DNA from: an uncultured virus (IMG/VR IMGVR_UViG_3300026479_000007)
Lineage: Duplodnaviria > Heunggongvirae > Uroviricota > Caudoviricetes
Length of the DNA stretch: 64,000 nt
IMG/VR virus record: IMGVR_UViG_3300026479_000007
Span: 1 to 64,000 of that record
Strand: one strand, 5' to 3'
In this document: positions 1 to 8,997 of the stretch, one piece after another
Numbering within the stretch: position 1 is the first letter of the stretch
Layout: each line of letters opens with the position of its first letter
Program-made: the position numbers and the translations under genes
The notes under the pieces: model-generated
What the model saw: the letters and a program-made list of their open reading frames with translations, nothing else
The model's database searches: none
Told to the model about the DNA's origin: nothing

Positions 1-88
1 CATTTTCATAAAAATAAACTATAAATTTCTTATCATTATATTCATCTTCAACTGTAAAGTTTCCAATAAATTCTCCTAAATTTTTCAT
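1..88 (-). CDS. 5' part of a hypothetical protein (MKNLGEFIGNFTVEDEY...), runs off the window
   Basis: ATG at 88, open to position 1, preceded by a Bacteroidota-type promoter. Confidence 0.6.
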   Translation of the reverse strand, partial: MKNLGEFIGNFTVEDEYNDKKFIVYFYEN

Positions 89-104
89 ATATATATATTT
101 TTCA

Positions 105-136
105 CAAATATAAGTATTTTTTTATTTTTAAGCAAA
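105..136 (-). promoter_or_regulatory. Bacteroidota housekeeping-sigma promoter TTTG-N20-TATATTTG
   Basis: Matches the -33 TTTG / -7 TAnnTTTG consensus, just upstream of the ATG at 88. Confidence 0.7.
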
Positions 137-227
137 TTTAAAATAGTTTTTAACAAAACGATTTTTTCTTTTTTGTTTATATTTATAGTTATTAGAATAA
201 ATAATAAATTTAAAAAAAATAAGAAAA

Positions 228-1331
228 ATGAAAATTAGCAAACAAGAACTTATAGATATGATTAGAGCGGAAGCTAAAAATATCAAAAGTGCTATGATTC
301 AAGAATCTGATGCTGTTACTGATTCTATTGATGTATTTGACGTTGATATGAATTCAAATGATGAGTTAGGTGATTCTGAAAAAGCTTTAACTTACAAAGA
401 CACTTCTAAAAAAGTTGAAAAAGAAGGAGAAGAACAAAAAATGCCAAAAATGAACTCTCAAGATGATAAAGGAGGTTCTGATGAGAAATCTGCTGTAGCA
501 GTTAAAGTTGATGCTGGAGCTAAAAAAGGAGGTGATAGTCATACTGCTGGTCAAGCAAAAGCTAATTTCACTTCTAAAAAAGACAATCAAGGTACTGAAG
601 CTTCTGGCCCTTTTGATGAAAGAATTAATGATTTAAAAATGAATTCAGAAGATAAATTGGTAGACGAAAAAGCTAAAACTTATGTGGCAGCTGGAGAGAG
701 TAAAGGAGGTAAAACTCACACTTCTGGTCAAGCAAAAGCTGATGTTCATGAAAGAATGCCTGAAGAAGATGCAAAAGAACCAACAGAAAGAATTGCTGCT
801 GGAATAGAAATTGATGGTAGTAACATCGACTTAAAAGAAACTTATACTAAAAAAGAGTTAAAAAACTTAATTTTAACTGAAGCGAAAAAAGCAGTTGTAA
901 ACTATAAAGAAAATTTAGTTAAAACTGAAAAAACTAAGCAATTAATGGAAGAATTATCTTTAATTAAAGAGAGTCTTGAAGAATATGGAGAATCTTTAGA
1001 GATTGAGGAGGGGTTGCTTGGTAAAGTTAAATATGCAATGACTAGTGGGTATCCAAAAATTGAGAAATTAGTATCTGAATTAGATAAAGCCAAAGAAAAA
1101 AACCCTGAAGGCTATAAAAAAGTTGAAGCTATTTTAGATAGATTTTCTGATGGTGAAATCAAAAAAATTAAACCAATGCAATCAGATGATTCTTTCCCTT
1201 TTACAAAAGAAAACTTTATGGCTTTAGCTGGATTCCACAACTTTAACATTACTGTTATTAGACCTGTTGGAGATACTCTTCCTTTTAAAGTAAATACTGG
1301 TGTAGGTAAAGTTACAGGACATTCTAGATAA
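228..1331 (+). CDS. Acidic internal head / prohead-core-like protein with amphipathic N-terminal tag and internal repeats
   Basis: MKISKQELIDMIRAE start, second tag copy TKKELKNLILTE, repeats MNS.D...AG..KGG..HT.GQAKA, many I/L-x-E sites. Confidence 0.5.
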   Translation: MKISKQELIDMIRAEAKNIKSAMIQESDAVTDSIDVFDVDMNSNDELGDSEKALTYKDTSKKVEKEGEEQKMPKMNSQDDKGGSDEKSAVAVKVDAGAKKGGDSHTAGQAKANFTSKKDNQGTEASGPFDERINDLKMNSEDKLVDEKAKTYVAAGESKGGKTHTSGQAKADVHERMPEEDAKEPTERIAAGIEIDGSNIDLKETYTKKELKNLILTEAKKAVVNYKENLVKTEKTKQLMEELSLIKESLEEYGESLEIEEGLLGKVKYAMTSGYPKIEKLVSELDKAKEKNPEGYKKVEAILDRFSDGEIKKIKPMQSDDSFPFTKENFMALAGFHNFNITVIRPVGDTLPFKVNTGVGKVTGHSR

Positions 1332-1355
1332 AACATAATTACAACTTTAAACAAT

Positions 1356-1388
1356 AAAAAAAGGTCTATAAATTTAGACCTTTTTTTT
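1356..1388. terminator. Bidirectional intrinsic terminator
   Basis: AAAAAAAGGTCTA-loop-TAGACCTTTTTTTT between convergent genes. Confidence 0.8.
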
Positions 1389-1451
1389 GTTTATGAAGTT
1401 AATATTTTATTTTCTAAATCTGTTAAAGAACTTTTTCCAAAATCTATAATT

Positions 1452-1937
1452 TTATAAACTATTACAATATTTATCTAAAACATTTTTTTCAAATTCACAT
1501 AAACTATTCATTCCTTTTCTGTGTATCTTCAATAAAACATCATCATAAGTTAAATAAGTATTTATATAATCATCTAAATTACATATATTATTGAAATCAG
1601 ATTTTTCATCCTTAAATAAATCAATAAACACTTCATTTTCACATATATCTAACTTTACTTCTAAAGTGATATCCTCTACCTTGTATTTAATTCCTATAAA
1701 TTTTGAAGACAAATACTCTAAAAATTCATTAAATTTTCCATAAAAAAAGTCTTCACAAAAAATGATACCTTTTTCAATATTGTCAAATTCTTGATGTGTA
1801 ATAAACAACTTTTTTTCAATTGAATAACCATCATAATATTTTTTGGCTAAAGAAATAAAAATATCAACTACACGATTAAATTCTTTTGATTCTTCAATTT
1901 CTTTAGGTATTAATATTTCAAAAAAATAAACTTTCAT
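1452..1937 (-). CDS. Hypothetical protein with C-terminal DUF6576-like helical motif
   Basis: C-terminal DDVLLKIHRKGMNSLCEFEKNVL resembles the D.ILDKI...G..SLT..EK.FL motif. Confidence 0.45.
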   Translation of the reverse strand: MKVYFFEILIPKEIEESKEFNRVVDIFISLAKKYYDGYSIEKKLFITHQEFDNIEKGIIFCEDFFYGKFNEFLEYLSSKFIGIKYKVEDITLEVKLDICENEVFIDLFKDEKSDFNNICNLDDYINTYLTYDDVLLKIHRKGMNSLCEFEKNVLDKYCNSL

Positions 1938-1990
1938 ATTATTAATTTTATAAATAAGTTAAAACAAAAACTATAAATTCTTAATTATAT

Positions 1991-2016
1991 AACGTATTCA
2001 TTCAAAAAATATTACA
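1991..2016 (-). promoter_or_regulatory. ECF-sigma-like promoter TGTAAT-N16-CGTT (copy 1)
   Basis: Identical hexamer, 16-nt spacer and CGTT in three upstream regions. Confidence 0.7.
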
Positions 2017-2074
2017 TTTTTTTATTTTTTAATTATATTTATTACTATAAAACAATTCAAATTTTAAAAAAAAA

Positions 2075-2824
2075 ATGAAAATTAGCAAAGCAGAATTACA
2101 ACAAATCATCAAAGAAGAAGCTGATAGATTTTTAAAAATAAAAGCTCTAAAAGAAGAAAAAGCTAGAATTCAAAGAGAATTAAATGAAAATTACTCTATG
2201 GAAGAAGAAGTTACTGAAGAAGAGGATTCTTCTGGAGAAAAAGAAATGCCAGAAGCACCATCACACGAAGAAACTGATGCAAACCAAGTTACTGAAGAAG
2301 TATTAGCAACTTCAACTGAAAAAGAAAAAGAAGAAGAAGACAATATGAACGAAGAAGAAGTTTTAGCTGTTTCAGAAGAAGGTGAAGAAGAAAATATTGA
2401 AGAAGGTATTATGGATTGGTTTTCTAAATCAGAAAACAAAGAAGAAGCCAAAGTTAAAATGTGCGATAAAATAAAAGAGATGGTTAATGCTCATGATAAA
2501 ATGTCTCAACCACAAAAAGATAGCCTTTTGAAACAATGTGACAAAATAGCTGAAGCTTTATTAGCAAAAGGAAATGCAATTTTCAAAAAAGAACCATTAA
2601 TTAAATTTTATCCTAGACAAAATTCATATGCAATAATCGCTGTAGATGCAAAACCTGATAGTAAATGGGTTGAATTGTTACAAAATTTAGTTAAAGGAGC
2701 ATCTGAAGACTTAAAAGGTAGAGGATTAGCTGAAAGTGTAAGAGCAGAAGTGGAAAGATTAGATAAAGTTAAAGAATTGAAAAATAAAGCAAATTCATTA
2801 ATTGAAAATCTTAAAAAATTATAA
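2075..2824 (+). CDS. Acidic internal head / prohead-core-like protein
   Basis: MKISKAELQQIIKEE tag, Glu-rich linker, NIEEG site. Confidence 0.5.
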   Translation: MKISKAELQQIIKEEADRFLKIKALKEEKARIQRELNENYSMEEEVTEEEDSSGEKEMPEAPSHEETDANQVTEEVLATSTEKEKEEEDNMNEEEVLAVSEEGEEENIEEGIMDWFSKSENKEEAKVKMCDKIKEMVNAHDKMSQPQKDSLLKQCDKIAEALLAKGNAIFKKEPLIKFYPRQNSYAIIAVDAKPDSKWVELLQNLVKGASEDLKGRGLAESVRAEVERLDKVKELKNKANSLIENLKKL

Positions 2825-2841
2825 AAATCAAATGTTATAAT

Positions 2842-2876
2842 AAAAAAAAAGCTCAACGATTGTTGAGCTTTTTTTA
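2842..2876. terminator. Bidirectional intrinsic terminator
   Basis: AAAAAGCTCAAC-GATT-GTTGAGCTTTTT between convergent genes. Confidence 0.85.
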
Positions 2877-2885
2877 TTTTATTTT

Positions 2886-3209
2886 TTAATCAAACTTTTC
2901 CAACTCTCTTTCCATAGAATCAAATAATATTCTAGAAACTACTTGCATTCTTTTCTGAAAAATAATACCTCTTATCCATTTAATGGTCAAAAAAGAAAAT
3001 AAAGCTACAAAAAATCCTGAAACATAAAAAGCTACTTCATACATTTTTTGGTTAGTAAAAATGTTTTCTAAAAATAAAAATATAAAACTAGATAAAACCA
3101 ATCCAGTAAAACATTCAAAAAATATCTTTTTAGCCTTTCTTTCTTTTTCTTTAAAAAACTTAGTACATTCTTCTCTTTTTTCTTTTCTAATTTCTTTTTG
3201 CCCTTTCAT
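2886..3209 (-). CDS. Small membrane protein, two predicted TM helices
   Basis: Two hydrophobic stretches flanked by charged termini. Confidence 0.6.
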   Translation of the reverse strand: MKGQKEIRKEKREECTKFFKEKERKAKKIFFECFTGLVLSSFIFLFLENIFTNQKMYEVAFYVSGFFVALFSFLTIKWIRGIIFQKRMQVVSRILFDSMERELEKFD

Positions 3210-3243
3210 ATTTTTCTGTTTAAAATGAATCTTATATTTATTA

Positions 3244-3269
3244 AACGTATTTTTTTATAAATTATTACA
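3244..3269 (-). promoter_or_regulatory. ECF-sigma-like promoter TGTAAT-N16-CGTT (copy 2)
   Basis: Same motif and spacing, upstream of the ATG at 3209. Confidence 0.7.
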
Positions 3270-3306
3270 AAAAATTTTTATATTTATAATAAATAAATGG
3301 ATAAAT

Positions 3307-3774
3307 ATGAAATTCATAAGGAAAGAAATTCAAAAAATATTAAATGAACAACATAGAGAATCAACTATTATCTCAAACTATAAAATAGAAGGTTCTTATG
3401 AAAGTATATTTAATAAACTGAATGAATTAAAAAGTGTGGGTAAAAAATTAGACACAAACTTTCTGGAAAATATAAGTGATATTCAAATTTTGTCTATAAA
3501 TGAATTTCTGGGTAGGTTAATTTGTGAAATAGGTTATAAAAGTGGAGATGTTGTTTTGTTTTATAAATCTCAAAGTGGGACTAGTGGTAAAGAAAAAGGA
3601 GCTTGGTTTCCAATTCCTGGGTTCACAAAAAATTCTTTTAGAATGTTAAATAAAAACTTTCCAGAAAATTGGTTTATAAAAGGTTCTTTAAACGATATTT
3701 CTAATAGATATGGGAGTAAAGCTTTTGATTATACAGCCGATTTCATAAAAGCTCAAGAAAATAATATTTTTTAA
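3307..3774 (+). CDS. Hypothetical tagged protein
   Basis: MKFIRKEIQKILNE N-terminus; TATTTAT upstream. Confidence 0.55.
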   Translation: MKFIRKEIQKILNEQHRESTIISNYKIEGSYESIFNKLNELKSVGKKLDTNFLENISDIQILSINEFLGRLICEIGYKSGDVVLFYKSQSGTSGKEKGAWFPIPGFTKNSFRMLNKNFPENWFIKGSLNDISNRYGSKAFDYTADFIKAQENNIF

Positions 3775-3815
3775 AAAAAAAAGTGTTTTAATATATAAAA
3801 CACTTTTTGTAAATA

Positions 3816-4214
3816 TTATTTTAAGATTTCTTTAGCTACTTGTGATACTAATTTATTATCAGCTTTGCCCTTATAACTTTTGTTGAATTCACCCATAATT
3901 TGTCCTAAATTATTCATCCCATTTTCTTTTAGATTAATAATAATATTTCTAATTTCATCTTCAGACATCATTTTAGGCATATAAGGAGATAGGTATTCTA
4001 ATTCTTTTTTTGAATTTTCATCACCATTTTGAATTAATGATTTTTCTAATCTCTTTAAAATAACTAAAACGTTTTTATCTATAGATTCAATCCCTCTAGC
4101 TTCTTGCAATTGTATTTCACCTTTAATTAATCCAAGGAAGTTTTTTTTGTCCATTTCCTTATTTTTAAATGCTACCATAAAGTCCGAATTGATTTTTTCT
4201 TTTAATGTTTTCAT
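3816..4214 (-). CDS. yqeY: GatB/YqeY domain protein (start likely ATG at 4214)
   Basis: LKEKINSDFMVAFK...YMPKMMSEDEI...GQIMG...KGKADNKLV; a TATATTTG promoter at 4232-4239 overlaps the upstream GTG. Confidence 0.85.
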   Translation of the reverse strand: MKTLKEKINSDFMVAFKNKEMDKKNFLGLIKGEIQLQEARGIESIDKNVLVILKRLEKSLIQNGDENSKKELEYLSPYMPKMMSEDEIRNIIINLKENGMNNLGQIMGEFNKSYKGKADNKLVSQVAKEILK

Positions 4215-4302
4215 AAGTTTATTTTTTTTCACAAATATAATATTTTTATATAATAAATAAAAAAAAAAATATATTTATATAATATAAAAACTTCCCAGAA
4301 AA

Positions 4303-4734
4303 ATGAAAAAACAAGAAATTAGAAAAATAATAAGAGAAGCTTTAAATTCTAATGAAAATAGATATACAACTAAAGACGTTTCTTTAGAGTTATATTTAAG
4401 TAAAATTTTAGGTAAAGATGATTATTTTGACTCAACAAGCAAAGCAACTGTAGAGTGGGGATTGGATATAGAAGAAAAGTCTTATGGAATTACCAACTTT
4501 AAGCCTATTATATATAAAATAACTTTAAATGCTCAAATTTGGAGAGAAAAATTACAAGATTTAGAAGAAATGAATAGAGTAATCGACTTCAAAGAAGGCA
4601 TAAGTCATGGAGATACATTTGAAGGTTTTAAAATAAATATAAATGAAGACACTGGAAGTAAAGCAATGTTTCCAGTAGAAATTTCAGTAAGTGATAGTTA
4701 TAATTCAATTGATGTTACTTTTGAATATCCTTGA
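4303..4734 (+). CDS. Hypothetical tagged protein
   Basis: MKKQEIRKIIREAL N-terminus. Confidence 0.55.
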   Translation: MKKQEIRKIIREALNSNENRYTTKDVSLELYLSKILGKDDYFDSTSKATVEWGLDIEEKSYGITNFKPIIYKITLNAQIWREKLQDLEEMNRVIDFKEGISHGDTFEGFKININEDTGSKAMFPVEISVSDSYNSIDVTFEYP

Positions 4735-4751
4735 TAAATAAAAAAACTAAT

Positions 4752-4847
4752 ATGGAAGATGAAATTTTAGAGTTAGAAGAATTAGAAGTAAAAACTAAAG
4801 AAGAGCCAATGGATGATTTTAATTGGTTCAATGAACAAGGTTTTTAA
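4752..4847 (+). CDS. 31-aa acidic peptide MEDEILELEELEVKTKEEPMDDFNWFNEQGF
   Basis: ATG after A-rich leader, genome-typical codons; below the ORF track cutoff. Confidence 0.5.
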   Translation: MEDEILELEELEVKTKEEPMDDFNWFNEQGF

Positions 4848-4855
4848 AAAGAAAT

Positions 4856-4930
4856 ACGGTTTAGGACCGTTATGGTTAAGGCCATAAAAGACCATCTAAA
4901 TTGTCGCTACTATAGATGGTCTTCTTTTTT
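4856..4930 (+). ncRNA. Three-hairpin element ending in a terminator
   Basis: ACGGT-TTAGG-ACCGT, ATGGT-TAAG-GCCAT, AAGACCATCTA-14nt-TAGATGGTCTT plus T tract. Confidence 0.45.
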
Positions 4931-4949
4931 TTTTTAAATATTTATTATT

Positions 4950-5918
4950 ATGATTAAAGAAATTCAAATTATAGAAATAGAAAAAAATTTAAATGAAGTT
5001 TTTTCTTATTTAATTCAAGAAGATTTAGATAAGTCTTCTCCAACATTTGAATGGGATTTAACAAATGAAAAAATAAAAAAATCTACAAAAAATATCAAAA
5101 CAATAGAACAAGCCAAAACTTATTTAGATATACTTTTTAAAATGTTTAAAAAAGTTCCTAAAAAAATTAAATATAAACTATTAAAATATTTCTTTATCTC
5201 CTTAATTGGAATTATAGGTTATTCACAATTATTTGATTATTCAGAAAAAAATGCACCTGAACTAAAAGGAGAAATTTCTCTTTTGAAAAACGATTTAAAG
5301 TCAGCCAATAAAATCATTAAAAAAAATAAATTATTTTCTATTCCAAAAAAAACATCTGAAAAAGGAAAGTTATTGTTAAAAAAAGAAGAAGGTGAATATG
5401 GTGAGACTGGAGAACCTGTTTTAACTGCATATGACATTAAAGATAAATCAATAACTATTGGTTGGGGGCATGCTGAAAGAAAAAGCTTTTCTCAATATAA
5501 AGTGGGGGATGTTATTTCCAGAAAAAGAGCTGAAGAATTATTTAAACAAGATTTAAAGATAGCTGAAGATGCTGTAAATGATGTTTTTAAAACTTGGAAA
5601 GATAAAGATATTGAATTTTATATAGACCAAGATATGTATGATGCTATGGTTTCTATGGCTTTCAATATGGGACGAAGTGGCTTTAGAAGTACTGATTTTA
5701 TACAATTAGTCAAAAAAGGTAAATACGAAGAAGCTAAAGAAAGAATTTTGACCACAAATGTCACACATAAAGGTCATATTACAAGAAGAGAAAGAGAATC
5801 TGAGATATTTGGAAAACAATTAGATAAAAATCCATTTATCGTAAGTAAAATAGATAGTAGAGTTAATATTTCTGAAACTTACAAAAAAAGATTAAAAAAA
5901 TTAGCGGGTATAATTTAA
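4950..5918 (+). CDS. GH24 phage lysozyme with N-terminal extension, a hydrophobic segment and a C-terminal tag
   Basis: EEG...AYD...TIGWGH, YDAMVSMAFNMG, RRERE motifs. Confidence 0.85.
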   Translation: MIKEIQIIEIEKNLNEVFSYLIQEDLDKSSPTFEWDLTNEKIKKSTKNIKTIEQAKTYLDILFKMFKKVPKKIKYKLLKYFFISLIGIIGYSQLFDYSEKNAPELKGEISLLKNDLKSANKIIKKNKLFSIPKKTSEKGKLLLKKEEGEYGETGEPVLTAYDIKDKSITIGWGHAERKSFSQYKVGDVISRKRAEELFKQDLKIAEDAVNDVFKTWKDKDIEFYIDQDMYDAMVSMAFNMGRSGFRSTDFIQLVKKGKYEEAKERILTTNVTHKGHITRRERESEIFGKQLDKNPFIVSKIDSRVNISETYKKRLKKLAGII

Positions 5919-5941
5919 AAAAAATAATATTTCTTTATATT

Positions 5942-5949
5942 TATATTTG
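5942..5949 (+). promoter_or_regulatory. Bacteroidota -7 element TATATTTG upstream of tRNA-Ala
   Basis: Consensus match 13 nt before the tRNA. Confidence 0.6.
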
Positions 5950-5962
5950 TATTTAAACAAAT

Positions 5963-6036
5963 GGGGGATTAGCTCAGATGGCAAGAGCGTCTGCCTTGCA
6001 CGCAGAAGGTCATCGGTTCGACTCCGATATCCTCCA
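5963..6036 (+). tRNA. tRNA-Ala(UGC)
   Basis: Full cloverleaf, anticodon TGC, G3:U70 pair, A73, no encoded CCA. Confidence 0.97.
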
Positions 6037-6065
6037 CTTTGAACAAAACTATTTTTCGTTAACAC

Positions 6066-6932
6066 ATGTGGCTTATAAAAGATTTCTTCATTAATTTCCT
6101 ATTAAAAATTAGACTTTTCTTATTGTTATCATTTAATTCAAAAAGATTTTCAAATATAAATAATAAAATTGAAAAAAAAGGTTGGAACTTAACTTTTCAA
6201 GATGAATTTAATGAAAAAAAATTGAATAAAAAGAAATGGAGAACCGATAATTACTATGGATTAAGATATCATCCAGGTAATATCACAGAAAAAAATGAAG
6301 CACCAAACTATTATTGTGGTGATAATATGTTTGAGTTTACAGAAACTACCCTCAAACAAAAAGCGGAAAAGAAAGATACTAAAATAAATCACACTGATTG
6401 GGACGGTAAAAACTATGGTAGATACACTATTCCTTATAAAATTGGACAAATAGATAGTTCAAAATCATTTCAACAAAAATATGGATATTTTGAAATAAGA
6501 AGTAAAATAACTTCAGAACCAGGACATTGGCCTGCTTTTTGGTTAGCTTCAAAAGAATCTTGGCCACCAGAGATTGATATATATGAAATTTATACTGGTA
6601 AAAAAAGAAATGGATTAGTTAATTTTGAATCAAATTTTCATTGGGGAAAAGGTAAAGATAAAAAAATGAAAGTTGGAAATCATAACGTAGCTAATCTTTC
6701 AAAAAAATTTCACACTTATGCTGTAGAATGGAATGAAAAATGTTTTAAAATTTATTATGATAATTTACTTGTTAGAGTTTTTAGCAACCCAAAAGCTTTA
6801 GAATTCTTTAAGTATCCTATGCATATCATAATAGGAAATCAAATAGACCCAGTAATAGATAGAGGGTTAGAAAATGTAAACTTTCCAACTTATCACGAAA
6901 TAGATTACGTTAGAGTTTACGAGAAAAAGTAA
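6066..6932 (+). CDS. Glycoside hydrolase family 16 (laminarinase-like)
   Basis: W.LTFQDEF, YGYFEIR, WPAFW, catalytic EIDIYE, FHTYAVEW, IDYVRVY. Confidence 0.92.
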   Translation: MWLIKDFFINFLLKIRLFLLLSFNSKRFSNINNKIEKKGWNLTFQDEFNEKKLNKKKWRTDNYYGLRYHPGNITEKNEAPNYYCGDNMFEFTETTLKQKAEKKDTKINHTDWDGKNYGRYTIPYKIGQIDSSKSFQQKYGYFEIRSKITSEPGHWPAFWLASKESWPPEIDIYEIYTGKKRNGLVNFESNFHWGKGKDKKMKVGNHNVANLSKKFHTYAVEWNEKCFKIYYDNLLVRVFSNPKALEFFKYPMHIIIGNQIDPVIDRGLENVNFPTYHEIDYVRVYEKK

Positions 6933-6934
6933 TT

Positions 6935-7423
6935 TTATTTTTTAACATAAAAATCCCATGTTTTATGTACGTTCTCAAATTTTCTAATATAATTTATATA
7001 AGAAGGTTTAAATGGAATTTTTGATAATTTCATATTAGCTTCTTCAGGAGTTTTATTTCCTTTTTTGCCATTACAACTCTTACAACAAGTAGCTAAATTC
7101 CCCCAGCTATTAGAACCACCCCTAGAACTAGGGATAACATGGTCTATTGTTAAATTTTCTTCACTACCACAATATAAGCATTTAAATTCATCTCTTTTAA
7201 ATATATTCTGCCTACATAAATGCACTCGTCTAAATGGAACAGAAACATATTTTAATAATCTTATTACAGTAGGTCTTTTAAATTCCTCCTTATCTGTAAC
7301 TATAGGATTTCCTTTTATACATTCTAAAATTTCAGCTTTTCCCTTAAAGACTAACTTAAATCCTCTAGCTAAAGTTGTAATATTTATAGGCTGATATGTA
7401 CTATTTAATACTAATACTTTCAT
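6935..7423 (-). CDS. HNH endonuclease (McrA-like)
   Basis: VLVLNSTYQPI, RD..KCLYCG, LTIDHVIP.SRGG, CKSCNGKKG. Confidence 0.92.
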   Translation of the reverse strand: MKVLVLNSTYQPINITTLARGFKLVFKGKAEILECIKGNPIVTDKEEFKRPTVIRLLKYVSVPFRRVHLCRQNIFKRDEFKCLYCGSEENLTIDHVIPSSRGGSNSWGNLATCCKSCNGKKGNKTPEEANMKLSKIPFKPSYINYIRKFENVHKTWDFYVKK

Positions 7424-7474
7424 ATAACAACTATTTATTTATAAATATAAATAAGTTTCTTTAAAATTAAAAGT

Positions 7475-7687
7475 TTAACTTATCATTTCTACTAAAACAT
7501 AAGCATTAACATACTTTCCTTCTGTTATAAATTTTATGTTTTTATTTTTATAACCTCTTTTTTTACACTGTTCTTCTAAGTGCTCATAAAGTTCATCAAA
7601 ATTTTCTTCAAAATATTTAGTTTTAAATCTCTTCAAAAAAAATAATCTTTCTTCAACTGGCAAATCATTAATCCTAACTTTTCCCAT
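7475..7687 (-). CDS. Hypothetical protein
   Basis: 70-aa ORF filling the gap between genes. Confidence 0.55.
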   Translation of the reverse strand: MGKVRINDLPVEERLFFLKRFKTKYFEENFDELYEHLEEQCKKRGYKNKNIKFITEGKYVNAYVLVEMIS

Positions 7688-7806
7688 AGCTTAATTAATT
7701 TATGTATAATACTTTTAATATAATATAAAATGAAAAAAAATAATATCTTTTTTTATTTTTTTATCTTTAAAAGCTCTTAATAATAAATATTAAACTATTT
7801 ATTTAT

Positions 7807-8499
7807 ATGAATAAAATTAGACAAATTATTAAAGAATATATAGAGGAAGCTTTTGCTGGAGAACACTCTTTAGAAAGACTTAAAGAAAGATTTATTGACA
7901 AAAAACAATTAATTGTTGGATATGAATTAGAAAATTCTATAGGTGAATATAAAACGTTAGGCACTTACTCTTTAAGTAATGATGAAAAAGAAGAAATAAT
8001 TAGAAAATATAATTTCATAGAAAATTATAAATTTTCACCAAAAGAAAGTTATGGTATCAGATTAACTTCTTTAAAGATAGACCCAAAAAAAATAAACTTC
8101 TTTTCAGAAGAAGATAAAAAAGATTCAATAAATAAAAAATTATTATTTGTAGATGAAATTACTAGTAGTAATGGAAATGAAATATATATAATAATAAGAG
8201 ATAATGTTATAGCAACTATTTATTTTGCCAAAAACTACATTCCTCAAACTACAAATAAGTTAAGAGTGGATAATATTATAAAAAATGAATTATTTTTCTC
8301 TGGATTGGATAATAAAAAAGACAAAAAAGGAAGTAGAAAAAAAATTGAGTTAAACCTACCAAAAGTTATAATTGGAAACAAGGAATGGTACGTAGATGAA
8401 GTTAATGAAAAGTTAATATACTCAAAAAACATAAAAAAAGAAGTTCCTTTTGATATGTTAACAGAAAAACAATTTGAAGAATTAATAGAATTAATTTAA
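7807..8499 (+). CDS. Tagged hypothetical protein, possible RelE/BECR-like nuclease fold
   Basis: MNKIRQIIKE tag, HSLERLKERF motif, C-terminal IYIIIRDNVIATIY strands. Confidence 0.4.
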   Translation: MNKIRQIIKEYIEEAFAGEHSLERLKERFIDKKQLIVGYELENSIGEYKTLGTYSLSNDEKEEIIRKYNFIENYKFSPKESYGIRLTSLKIDPKKINFFSEEDKKDSINKKLLFVDEITSSNGNEIYIIIRDNVIATIYFAKNYIPQTTNKLRVDNIIKNELFFSGLDNKKDKKGSRKKIELNLPKVIIGNKEWYVDEVNEKLIYSKNIKKEVPFDMLTEKQFEELIELI

Positions 8500-8510
8500 A
8501 CTTTAAAATT

Positions 8511-8750
8511 GTGTTTAAAATATTTTTATTTATATTGTTTTTTATAACATTAGCATGCAACCCCAAAATAAAAGGGCCAAATTACAACATTTCAACTTCT
8601 CATAACAATACATTAAAAAATAGAAATAAAGTTGTTAAAAAAGAAGATTTAAGAATGAAAAACGCTATGATTAGGCATAGAGAAAAATATTCTAGAGGTA
8701 TAAAGTTTATTAAAAGAAATAATCGTAAAAAAAAGAATAAATATATTTAA
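8511..8750 (+). CDS. Small basic putative lipoprotein
   Basis: Hydrophobic signal with ITLA-C lipobox; K/R-rich body; GTG start. Confidence 0.5.
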   Translation: MFKIFLFILFFITLACNPKIKGPNYNISTSHNNTLKNRNKVVKKEDLRMKNAMIRHREKYSRGIKFIKRNNRKKKNKYI

Positions 8751-8772
8751 CATTTTTTTAAAAAAAAAAAAG

Positions 8773-8846
8773 CTCCCCCTCTTGGACTCGAACCAAGGAC
8801 CCTTTGATTAACAGTCAAATGTTCTAACCAACTGAACTAAGGAGGA
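8773..8846 (-). tRNA. tRNA-Asn(GUU)
   Basis: TCCTCCT/AGGGGGA acceptor, anticodon loop CTGTTAA, G73. Confidence 0.96.
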
Positions 8847-8860
8847 GTTTATAAATAATG

Positions 8861-8987
8861 TGTCGGCCTACAGGTTTTAACTGCTTTTCTCTATATTGGT
8901 TGTCCCCGTTACCCTGGGCGATTACAACTTATTATTAAGAGTAGCCCTTACGTCTAAGGGTCGTGTATCACATCCACCAAACCGACA
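8861..8987 (-). ncRNA. Unclassified multibranch structured RNA (127 nt)
   Basis: 10-bp closing stem with G-U pairs on the minus strand plus internal hairpins. Confidence 0.55.
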
Positions 8988-8997
8988 ATATGAAATA

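Noticed and set aside
6935..7423. HNH as an intron-encoded homing endonuclease
   Set aside because: Free-standing with its own upstream motif; flanking genes are complete and unrelated
8751..8771. Homopolymer tracts (also about 10100-10125 and 52423-52435) as phase-variation switches
   Set aside because: Intergenic, downstream of stops, and common in this AT-rich genome
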